A stretch of 64,000 nt of DNA from an uncultured Candidatus Rokubacteria bacterium (GTDB taxonomy: Bacteria; Methylomirabilota; Methylomirabilia; Rokubacteriales; CSP1-6): positions 1,184,001 through 1,248,000 of the forward strand of contig CAWBMV010000034.1 in NCBI GenBank assembly GCA_963789955.1, written 5' to 3'. The position numbers and the translations under genes were made by a program. This document shows, piece by piece, positions 38,593 to 47,690 of this stretch; within the stretch, counting starts at the first letter, position 1; the number at the start of each line of letters is the position of its first letter. Below the pieces are notes generated by a model. The model was not told where the DNA came from. It ran no database searches and was given only the letters and a program-made list of their open reading frames with translations.

Positions 38593-38645
38593 TGAGCAAT
38601 TCTGATCAGCGTCAGAACTTGTATTCGACGATCCTTCACCGTATG
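38593..38645 (+). promoter_or_regulatory. Crp-type box (TGAGC-AATTCT-GATCA), -10 GATCCT, ATG near +1
   Basis: 37-nt offset. Confidence 0.75.
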
Positions 38646-39481
38646 ACTCGACGTGTCTCATCCGAGGGCGACCGGGGGAACGGCGCGGGGATCTGGGCCC
38701 TTCGTGTGGGGGACCCACCACGAGTCGCTCCGGCGGCAGGCCTTCGTGGGGTCATCGCAATGGCGGCGCTGGCACTGACCACGTCGTCGAGGAGCGGGGC
38801 CAAGCCCAAGCGGCGCTCGCGTTCGCCGCGTCGATCGTGGAATCGTCGGACGACGCGATCGTCGGTATGACGCTCGACGGGATGGTCACAAGCTGGAACG
38901 CCGGTGCCGAGCGGCTCTATGGGTACCCGGCCCGCGAGGTCATCGGGCGGTGGCCAATCGGAATCACGGTTCCGGAGGACGAGCAGCCAAAGATCCTCAA
39001 GCGGGTCGGACGCGGAGAACGGGTCGACCACTACGAGACCGTCGGCGTGAGGCGGGACGGACGATGCATCAACGTGTCCGTCACGGTGTCGCCGATCCGC
39101 GACGCTGGGGGAAAGATCATCGGGGCATCGTCGATCGCCCGTGACATCACGCACCGCAAGGAGGCCGAGGCTTCGGCACCGGAACGGGACACCCTGCGAT
39201 ATGTCGCGAGCCTGGCCGCCGCGGCGGCGCACGAGATCAACAATCCGCTGGCGGTGATCATGGGCTATGCGCAACTCCTGGCCGACAAAGTGGATGCGCA
39301 GGGACAAGGGCAGATCGACGAGATCCTGGAGGCACTTTCGCGAATTCAGGAGATCGTCGCGCGGATGAAGCGCGTGACCCGGATCGATCTGACCGAGCCG
39401 GCTCCGTATCTGCCGGAGATGCTCGACCTGAACGGATCGAGCGAGCCTGAAGGAGGCGATGTGACATGGAAACCATCTTGA
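38643..39481 (+). CDS. PAS + HisKA protein without ATPase domain (5' frame uncertain)
   Basis: IVESSDDAIVG..SWNAGAERLYGY..VSPIRD..IARDIT; AHEINNPL; stops after the DHp. Confidence 0.8.
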
Positions 39482-39546
39482 TCGTTCTTCTCGTGTTGTT
39501 CCTACTCGGTGGTGGCGGCTGGGGATACTCTCGCTGGCGCCGGTAG
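39466..39546 (+). CDS. 26-aa membrane micro-protein (DUF3309-like)
   Basis: RBS AAGGAGG; METILIVLLVLFLLGGGGWGYSRWRR*. Confidence 0.75.
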   Translation: METILIVLLVLFLLGGGGWGYSRWRR

Positions 39547-39759
39547 CGGCTCGCGGCGCTTCGCCGAGTCGACGGCTCGAGCGCTCGATCCTCCTGCTCA
39601 CGGGTTCGTACGGACCAAGGCAGCCGACCGTCCGCTAGCTAGATCTTCGCCGTTCTACAAGTACTCTGTCGGATATAGTCCAAGGGGTGCCCCACCCGAG
39701 CTCCGTGCCGCGGACCGTTATCGTTGGGGCTAAGGATACATGAGAGACAGGGATAGATC

Positions 39760-40164
39760 GTGAGCCAGGATCGCGACCGTCTGCGTGATCTCAGCGCCCG
39801 GCTGCTGAGGCTCCACGGAATTCTCCTGGACCGCGAGCGGCGCGCGTACGAGGAGCGCCACGGGTCCGTCGCCTCGCGCGAGCTGCTTCACCTCTTGCTT
39901 CACGACGAGCACTTTTCGTGGCTGCGCTCGCTCTCGTCGATGATCGCGAAGATCGACGAAGTGGTCGATGCCGACGAGCCGCTCCCGCCCGAGAGCCTGC
40001 AGAGCGCGTTTCGCGAAGCCCATCGGCTCCTGAAGTCCGGGACGGGCGGAGCCTTTCAGGACAAGTACCACCTCGCGCTCCAGGACTCGCCCGACGTGAT
40101 CATGGCGCATGCCGCGGTCAGTCGCGTCCTGTCCGACTCGGGCTCAGGTCCGGGACCGCGCTGA
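39760..40164 (+). CDS. Hypothetical protein
   Basis: Good codon usage; LLRLHGILLD..FSWLRSLS..ALQDSPDVIMAH. Confidence 0.7.
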   Translation: MSQDRDRLRDLSARLLRLHGILLDRERRAYEERHGSVASRELLHLLLHDEHFSWLRSLSSMIAKIDEVVDADEPLPPESLQSAFREAHRLLKSGTGGAFQDKYHLALQDSPDVIMAHAAVSRVLSDSGSGPGPR

Positions 40165-40198
40165 TCGGCGCCCGGCAACTCCGGGCGTGTGACCGCCC

Positions 40199-42105
40199 TT
40201 GAGCTCCCTGACGCGCCGCGATTTCCTGAACGGCGTCGCGCTCAGCGTGGGTGGGGCGTTCCTCTCGCCGCGCGAGGTGTTCGGCTGAGCCTCGACGATC
40301 CGCGGGGCCCGTCGCCCTATCCACCGACGCTCACCGGCATGCGCGGCAGTCCCGACGGCTCCTTCGAGGTCGCTCACGCGCTGCGGGATGGGTCGTTCTG
40401 GACGACTGCGGGACCGCCCGCCGACACGGGCGAACGCTACGATCTCGTGGTCGTCGGCGCCGGCATCAGCGGGCTGGCCGCCGCCTGGTACTTCAGCAAG
40501 GCCGCCGGCCCGTCGGCGCGTATCCTCGTGCTCGACAACCACGACGACTTCGGCGGCCACGCACGGCGTAACGAGTTCCAGATCGGCGGGCGCACCTTGA
40601 TCGGCTACGGCGGCACGTTTGCCATCGATAGCCCCGCGCCGTACAGCCCGACCGCGAGCGCACTGCTGACCGAGCTGGGTGTCGACGTCTCGCGCTGGGG
40701 GCGCATGGTCGAGCGCGGTCTCTACGCGGGGCTCGGCATGAGCACGGCGGTCTTCTTCGATCGTGAGACCTTCGGAGTTGATCGGCTCGTGCGCGCGCCG
40801 TCGGCGATCATCGAGCAGGGCGCGGCAGGGCCGGGGACAGGCCAGGCCGATCCGCTGGCCGTTTTTCTGGCCGACGCGCCGCTGCCCGATTCGGCGCGAC
40901 GCGACGTCGCGCGGCTGGTCAAGGCGTCCGCCGACTATCTCCCCGGACTCGACGATGGCCAGAAGAAGGCGCGGCTCGCTCGTATGAGCTACGCCGATTT
41001 CCTGGTGAAGATGGCCGGCTGCGACGCCGGCGTGCTGCCGTTCTTTCAAGCTCGCCCGCATTCGCTCTACGGTCTGGGCATCGACGCCGTCTCGGCGCTC
41101 GACGCGTGGGGCATCGGCCTCCCCGGATTCGCGGGCATGCGGCTCGAGCCGACGGCCGGCCCCGGCATGGGGCTCGACGCGCGCCCCGGCCGCCGCTCGC
41201 CGTTCTTGCACTTTCCCGACGGCAACGCGACGATCGCTCGACTGCTCGTCCGGCGGCTCATCCCGCACGCGGTCCCCGGCCGGACCGCCGACGATGTGGT
41301 GCTGTCGCGCGTCGACTACGGGCGACTCGACGAGCGCGGACCGGTGCGCCTGCGCCTGAACAGCACCGCCGTGCGCGCCCGCCACACGAGCCAATCGACC
41401 GAAGTCGAAGTCGACTACGTGCGCTCAGGCCGGCTCGAGCAGGTGCGCGCTCGGAGCTGCGTGCTGGCCTGCTGGAGCGGCGTGATCCCGTATCTCTGCC
41501 CCGAGCTCTCGCGAGCGCAAGGCGAGGCGCTCGCCTATGCGACGAAAGTTCCGATCGTGCAGACCACCGTGGTGCTGCGGCGCTGGACCAGCTTTCACGC
41601 GCTGCAGGTTAGCCAGGCTCACTGCCCGGGAAGCTTTCACACGTCGGTCGGCCTGGATCTGCCGGTGCGCGTCGGACGCTATCAGCCGCCGCGACGGCCG
41701 GAAGAGCCGATCATCGTCCAGATGATGCGCACGCCATGCCGGCCCGGACTTGCAGCGCGCGAGCAGCATCGTGCCGGCCGCGTGGAGCTGCTCACGACGA
41801 CCTTCGACACGTTCGAGCAGAACGTGCGCGACCAGCTCACGCGCATGCTCGGGGCAGGGGGGTTCGACGCTGCGCGGGACATTCGGGCTCTCACGGTGAA
41901 CCGGTGGCCGCATGGCTATGCGTACCAGTACAACTCGCTCTGGGATCCGTTCTGGATAAGCGGCGGGCCGCTGCCGTGTGTGGCCGCGCGACAGCCGTTC
42001 GGGCGCATCGCCATCGCCAACGCGGACGCCGCGGCCTATGCCTACACGGACGCGGCGATCGATCAGGCCTACCGCGCGGTCGGTGAGGTGCTCGCTCGCG
42101 CGTGA
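40199..42105 (+). CDS. Tat-exported FAD oxidoreductase, spermidine dehydrogenase (SpdH)-like
   Basis: TRRDFLNG signal in a shifted frame; YPPTLTGMRGS, GAGISG, DNHDDFGGHARRNEF, HFPDGNA, NRWPHGYAY. Confidence 0.82.
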
Positions 42106-42122
42106 TCGTGAGCGATGACGGC

Positions 42123-42743
42123 TCAGCTCGAGCTCCAGGCGAACGGCGCGAAGTGGCCGTTGTTGCGACCGGACGTGTCGTCCCAGTTGATCCCGAACCC
42201 GTGCATGTGGCCGCGGGAGGCCTTCGCGAGCGCGAGCCGGCGCGCCGCCGGATGCCCCACGTTGTCGAAGTAGATCGGCTCGTCCGGCTTGGCGCCGGCG
42301 ATGCCCTCGATCGCGATGTCGAGCATGCCCGGAATCGATACCGAGCGTCGCATCCCGTTCATCTCGAATGTGATCGGTTTCGTCGCGGCGCCTCCGAAAT
42401 TGCTGATCAGCGGCGCCACCGCCGCCATCGGACCACCGCCCTGGCCGCTGGCGATCGTCGTGAGCGCATCGCGCTGCTCCTTCGACGCGCGCTCGTCCAG
42501 GACGAGTCCCACCGTCCAGTTGCCCTGGATCATCGGACCCGGTGTGTGCAGCAAGACGGCAAAGCTCAGGCCGTCGAGCCGGGTGCTTCCATACTGGCCC
42601 CGATCGACGCGGAACACGAGGCCGGCATCGCAGTAGCCCTTGGTCGGCCGTGCCGCGAGGCCCGAGGTCGGGCACGGACACACGGAATCGCAGCTGCACG
42701 CTTCGCAGTATTCGCCGCTGATCTGCCACTGAACGTTCGCCAT
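42123..42743 (-). CDS. DUF1326 domain protein
   Basis: Own RBS AGGAGG; YCEACSCDSVCPC, DERASKEQRDAL, FAPFAWS. Confidence 0.85.
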   Translation of the reverse strand: MANVQWQISGEYCEACSCDSVCPCPTSGLAARPTKGYCDAGLVFRVDRGQYGSTRLDGLSFAVLLHTPGPMIQGNWTVGLVLDERASKEQRDALTTIASGQGGGPMAAVAPLISNFGGAATKPITFEMNGMRRSVSIPGMLDIAIEGIAGAKPDEPIYFDNVGHPAARRLALAKASRGHMHGFGINWDDTSGRNNGHFAPFAWSSS

Positions 42744-42862
42744 CAGCTTCCTCCTGGCCGTCGGCCGACACGGCGCATCTGCTTCGCGGTCGCCCTCGGC
42801 TGCACGCTCAACGTACATCAGGTATGCCTCGCGTGCAGCCTTCGGCGTCACCGGGGGCCCGG

Positions 42863-43682
42863 CTACATCGGGAGGCTGCTCGGCTCTCAACAGGATCGCG
42901 AAGCTGGGTCGGACCACGACGGCGAGGCCGAGGAGCACGAGGACGATCCCGGTCGTCCGCGCGATCCACTCGCCGCGCGGGAGGAGTTTTTCCGCGGCCA
43001 CGATGGCGGCGATGAGCAGGACCCAGGCCAGACTCATGGCGCCGGCCACCACCAGCACGAGCATGAGCGCCCAGCAGCAGCCCAGACAGTAGAGGGCGTG
43101 AGCACGGCCCATCGCCAGGCCGCCTTGCCACCCCTCGCGCCAGTGGCCGAACAGAAACCCGAGAGGACTCCGACAGTGGCGCAGACACACCCGTTTGAGC
43201 GGCGAGAGCTGAAAGATCCCCGCGCCGATGAGGACAGCGGCGACGACGTAGGCCAGCGCGCCGCTGCTGATGGCGCCGAGGGCCACACTGGCGAAATAGA
43301 CCGGAACGCCCGTCAGGGCCCAGAGGCCGAGGTACATCAGCGTGAACGATCCGACTCGAATCGCCTTCAGCGCGGTGCCCGCGTTGCGCTGGGTCGCGGC
43401 GTAGAGGCCGATCATCGGGAGCGCGCTCGGCAGCATCATCGCCGTCATCATCACGGACCACGCGGTCACGTACGCCAGACCGTCGGCGAACGTCGGCCGC
43501 ATCGCCATCTCCATGCCGGCCATGTCGTCCATCCCCATCGGCGAGAGCAGGACGTGCGCCCACGCGGCGAGCATGATGACGACCAGGAGCACGGTCGTGA
43601 GCACCGAAGCAGGAGTGCGAGCGGTCAGCTCAGAGGGATCGGGGACCGAGTCGCCAGGGCCGCCGGCGTGCATCGCGGACAC
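42863..43682 (-). CDS. DUF2182 metal-binding integral membrane protein
   Basis: WSVMMTAMMLPS, QLSPLKRVCLRHCRSP, YCLGCCWALM; stop probably masked by an indel. Confidence 0.85.
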
Positions 43683-43713
43683 TCTATCGTCCGCGTCGGG
43701 GCGAGTCCAGCGC

Positions 43714-44604
43714 CTACCCGATGCGGGCGCGCACGAAGTCGCCGATGCCGGCGATGGCCTTCTCGGCCTCGTCCAGGATCGGCAAGAACCAGTGCCAGAC
43801 GTGGACCATCGCGGGCCACTCCTCGACCTTGACGTCCACGCCGGCCGCCCGGGCGCGCGCGCCGAGGCCGATCGCGTCGTCGAGCAGCACTTCGTCGCTG
43901 CCCACGTGGATCAGCAGCGGCGGCAGGTTGCGCAGGTCGGCGTAGAGCGGCGAGACCAGCGCCGCCTTGCGGTCGCCGGCCCCGACGTAGGCCTGCGCCA
44001 GCGCCTCGACACCGTCGCGGGTGACGATCGGATCCGCGGCGGCCTTGGTGGCGTAGCTGGCGCCGCTGCAGGTGAGATCGACCCACGGCGAGATGCAGAC
44101 GCCGCCGGCGGGCCGTGGCAGTCCGCGGTCGCGGAGCGCGAGGAGCGTCGCCACCGTGAGGCCGCCGCCCGCCGAGTCGCCGCCCAGCACGATCCGGGCG
44201 GGCGCGATGCCGCGCGCCAGCAGCCACTGATACGCCGCGACGGCGTCATCCAGCGCGGCCGGAAAGGGATTCTCGGGCGCGAGCCGGTAGTCGAGCAGCA
44301 GCGCTCGGGTGCCGGCCGCCCGCGCGATGGCGGCGGCGAGATGACGGTGCGAGCGGGGCGAGCCGATCGCGTAGCCGCCGCCGTGGAAGTAGAGCACGAC
44401 CGCGTCGGTTCGGACGCCTGGAGGCGTGAGCCACTCGGCGGTTCGCTCCGGCGCCTTCACGACCTCGATCGCGACGTCGGCGGGCGTGGGGAACACGCGC
44501 TCGGCGCGGTCGTACTGGGCGCGGCGCTCCGCCAGGGTCAGGGAGCTCGACGGCGGAAGCTTCGCCAGGTGATCTCGGACGGCTCGGATTCCACGCGCGG
44601 TCAT
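43714..44604 (-). CDS. HSL-family alpha/beta hydrolase (esterase/lactonase)
   Basis: HGGG, DYRLAPE, GDSAGG, EVLLDD, HVW. Confidence 0.92.
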   Translation of the reverse strand: MTARGIRAVRDHLAKLPPSSSLTLAERRAQYDRAERVFPTPADVAIEVVKAPERTAEWLTPPGVRTDAVVLYFHGGGYAIGSPRSHRHLAAAIARAAGTRALLLDYRLAPENPFPAALDDAVAAYQWLLARGIAPARIVLGGDSAGGGLTVATLLALRDRGLPRPAGGVCISPWVDLTCSGASYATKAAADPIVTRDGVEALAQAYVGAGDRKAALVSPLYADLRNLPPLLIHVGSDEVLLDDAIGLGARARAAGVDVKVEEWPAMVHVWHWFLPILDEAEKAIAGIGDFVRARIG

Positions 44605-45365
44605 GTGCCCTCCAGCTTCGCGATCGCCGGGAAGACCTCGGACTGAGCCCGGTGCAGGTCCTCGGCGAAGTCGACTTCGGTCCACGGCAACCCGGTGACC
44701 CCCACGGCCTCGACGCGCTGCCGGCTCACCAGGAGGTGCAGCGCGTCCTCATATTCGCAGATCCCCTGGCTGTCCTCGATGACCTGCTCGAGCAGGCCGA
44801 TCAGCTCACGGCCGGCCTCGGGCCCGCACTTGAAGAAGCCGATGCCCTCGCCGACGCGATCCCACGCCCTGGGGACCACCTTCTTGCCGAGCGCGATGAC
44901 CCGGTTGTCCTGCACGTAGATCTTCACTTCCTCGCCCGTGTCGGCAAAGCCCTCGTCGATCAGGAACGCCTGCGCGGCCGGCGACTCGACGAGCCGTCGC
45001 AGGAATTCACGCGGGAACACGACGTCGGCGTCCATGATGAGGGTCGGCTCGCGCGTGATGACGTCGCGCGCGCAGTAGAGCGAGAGCGACGAGCCCTTCT
45101 GATAGGCCGGGTTGTCGATGCACTCGATCGTCATTCCCGATGGAGCCGTCGCCGCGAGCGCTCGCACCTGATCGGCGCAGTGTCCGACGACGATCACGAC
45201 GTGTCGCACCCCGACCGCGTGGAGCGCGTCGAGCATGCGCGCCAGGATCGCGCGGCCGCCGACCGGAAGGAGCGACTTCTGCGTGTGATCGGTCAGGGGC
45301 GCCAGCCGTCGGGCGACGCCGGCGGCCAGGATGATGGCCGTCACCTTACGCTCTGGTTCGTTCAT
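44601..45365 (-). CDS. Phosphocholine/phosphonate cytidylyltransferase family (LicC/PntC-like)
   Basis: ILAAGVARRL..QKSLL, MDADVVF, EEVK, GEGIG, EYED, WTEVDFAEDL. Confidence 0.85.
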   Translation of the reverse strand: MNEPERKVTAIILAAGVARRLAPLTDHTQKSLLPVGGRAILARMLDALHAVGVRHVVIVVGHCADQVRALAATAPSGMTIECIDNPAYQKGSSLSLYCARDVITREPTLIMDADVVFPREFLRRLVESPAAQAFLIDEGFADTGEEVKIYVQDNRVIALGKKVVPRAWDRVGEGIGFFKCGPEAGRELIGLLEQVIEDSQGICEYEDALHLLVSRQRVEAVGVTGLPWTEVDFAEDLHRAQSEVFPAIAKLEGT

Positions 45366-45470
45366 ACCTTCTCGGTGCCTATAGTATCCTGTGCGTAACC
45401 GAATCGACGCAGGATCGAGACCGAAGTTCGACCGCATGGCCCGTGGTCAGTGACGGGGGATTGACGCGAA

Positions 45471-46271
45471 TTGAGCAGGACGACGACCCGGCGATCTCAG
45501 ACGCCTCTCGAGCGAGTCCACGAGCCGTCTCAGCAGCGGGACGTGTTTCAGCGCGACGGCTTCGTGGTGGTTCCAGGGCTCTTCGACGCGCAGGAAATCG
45601 CGCGCATTTCCGAATGGACCGACGAGCTCGAGCGCAGCCCCGAAGTGCCCGGGCGGTCCATGAAGTATTACGAGCCGAGCTTGCTGCGTCCGGGCGAGCG
45701 CGTGCTCCAGCGCATCGAGAACTTCTGCCCGTTCCACGACGGCTTCGCCGGACTCTGCGACGGCGACAAGCTTCGCGGCTCGGTGTCACGACTCCTCGGC
45801 GAGCCGGCCGTTCTGTTCAAGGACAAGATCAACTTCAAGCTCCCGGGCGGCGACGGCTTCAAGCCGCATCAGGACCAGCAGGCCGGCTGGAGCACCTACG
45901 CGGATCTGTTCGTCACCGCCATGGTCAGCATCGACTCCACGACCGCCCAGAACGGCTGCCTCGAGCTGTGCGCCGGGCAGCACACGCGCGGGCTGATCGG
46001 CGAAGAGTGGAAGCCGCTGACCGACGACGACATGCGCCGCCTCGGCGGGCGCGCGGTGCCGACGCAGCCCGGTGACGCGGTGTTCTTCGACTCCTACACG
46101 CCGCACGCCTCGGCCCCGAATCTCACCGCCGAGCGCCGGCGCGTGCTCTACATCACCTACAACCGCCTGTCGGCCGGCGACCACCGCGTGCAGTACTACG
46201 CCGACAAGCGCAAGAGCTTCCCGCCCGACATCGAGCGAGATCCCAATCGGACCTACACGTTTCGTGTCTGA
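45471..46271 (+). CDS. PhyH-family Fe(II)/2OG dioxygenase (PhnY-like)
   Basis: LFKDKINFKLPGGDGFKPHQD (HxD), PHASAPN, RRVLYITY. Confidence 0.85.
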   Translation: MSRTTTRRSQTPLERVHEPSQQRDVFQRDGFVVVPGLFDAQEIARISEWTDELERSPEVPGRSMKYYEPSLLRPGERVLQRIENFCPFHDGFAGLCDGDKLRGSVSRLLGEPAVLFKDKINFKLPGGDGFKPHQDQQAGWSTYADLFVTAMVSIDSTTAQNGCLELCAGQHTRGLIGEEWKPLTDDDMRRLGGRAVPTQPGDAVFFDSYTPHASAPNLTAERRRVLYITYNRLSAGDHRVQYYADKRKSFPPDIERDPNRTYTFRV

Positions 46272-46289
46272 GTCACGACTCGAGGAACT

Positions 46290-46490
46290 ATGATCCTGCG
46301 TATCGCGCTCGTCCTCGTGGCCTGTCTGTCGATCGCCTCGCCGGCCTATGCCTATCTCGATCCGGGCACCGGCAGCATGCTGATCTCGGCCGTGCTCGGC
46401 GTGGCGGCGGCCGTCGCGCTCGCGGTGAAGATGTTCTGGTACCGGCTGATCGGGTTCTTCCGCGGCAAGAGGCCGGCAGCGGACAAGTAG
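46290..46490 (+). CDS. 66-aa signal peptide + YLDPGTGS + TM + basic tail protein
   Basis: RBS GAGG; AYA cleavage-like site, YLDPGTGS, hydrophobic helix, RGKR. Confidence 0.82.
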   Translation: MILRIALVLVACLSIASPAYAYLDPGTGSMLISAVLGVAAAVALAVKMFWYRLIGFFRGKRPAADK

Positions 46491-46536
46491 CGCCGACGAC
46501 GCGACGGCCGGTGCCCAACCGAGTGTCGCGCCGTTC

Positions 46537-47690
46537 ATGAGCATGTGGCAGGACTGGAAGAGCTTCCGTCGCTTCCGACGACTTCCGCCCGGCGACCGGA
46601 ACATCGTCTTCTACTCCGAGACGCATCAGGATTGGCACCATCTGCAGCCGCTCATCGAGTTCTTGACCGAGCGATTGTCGCGGCCGTGTGCCACGTCACC
46701 TCGGAGCCGATCGTGCCGCTGCCGTCGGCGCCCGGCCTGCACGGCTTCCGCATCGGCCCCGGCGCGATCTGCACCTGGTTCTTCCAGACGATCAAGGCGG
46801 ACGTGATGGTCCTGACGATGCTCGATCTGCAGAACTTCCACCTCAAGCGCTCGCTCCATCCCGTCCACTACGCCTACGTGTTCCACAGCATGGGCAGCAC
46901 GCACATGGTGGATCACGCGAACTCGTACGATCACTACGACAGTCTCCTGTGCGTCGGCCCGCATCACGTCGACGAGATCCGCCGGCGCGAGGCGCTGCAC
47001 CGCCTGCCGGCCAAGCATCTCTTCGCGCACGGCTACCCGCGGCTCGAGCGGCTCGTCGCGCTGGCGGCCGCTGAGCCGCCTCGCTCCGCGCATACGACCG
47101 CGCTGCTGGCGCCGACGTGGGGCGACCAATCGATCCTGCACGTCTGCGGTGAGCCGTTGATCGCCGCGTTGCTGGGCGCCGGCATCCGCGTCATCCTGCG
47201 TCCGCACTACCAGACGACGCGCCTGGCGCCGGGGCTGATCGAAGGTCTGGTCGCGCGATTCGGCGCGGATCCAGGCTTCCGTCACGTCACCCGGATGGAA
47301 GAGAGCGCCTCGTTGTTCGAGTCCGACCTTCTCATCTGCGACTGGTCCGCGATGGCGATCGAGTACGCGTTGGGGCTCGGCAAGCCCGTCCTCTTCGTCG
47401 ACGTCCCCCCTCGCATCCGTAACCCGAACTATGCGGAGCTCGGTCTGGAGCCGATGGAGATACGTATCCGTCGCGAGCTCGGCGCGGTGCTTCCGCTCGA
47501 CCGGGTGGAGGAGGCGCCGCGCTACGTGGCCGAGCTGCTTCGCGACCCCGCCGACCTGCGCAAGCGCAACGCGGAGCGGCGAGAGGCCTGGGTGTTCAAC
47601 TTCGGCCGCAGCGTCGAGGCGGGGGCGCGAGAGATCGCGCGCATCGCCGACGAGCGGGCCGGCATCGGAGCGCGCGGCCGACAGGCGTGA
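46537..47690 (+). CDS. CDP-glycerol glycerophosphotransferase (TagB/TagF) family protein (frameshift near 46685)
   Basis: FHSMGSTH, GYPR, LAPTWG, RPH, LICDWSAMAIEY, KPVLF. Confidence 0.8.

Noticed and set aside
18723..38608. TGAGCAATTCTG repeats as CRISPR or mobile-element ends
   Set aside because: Dispersed kilobases apart with no regular spacers, cas genes, transposase or target duplications; positions fit promoters
15068..39760. Integrative element or prophage status for the island
   Set aside because: No integrase, tRNA, att-like flanking repeats or phage genes were recognised
42123..43682. DUF2182-DUF1326 fusion (519-aa ORF)
   Set aside because: DUF1326 has its own AGGAGG RBS and ATG at 42743, and an ATG-TAG one frame away at 42863 would end DUF2182; likely an indel artefact
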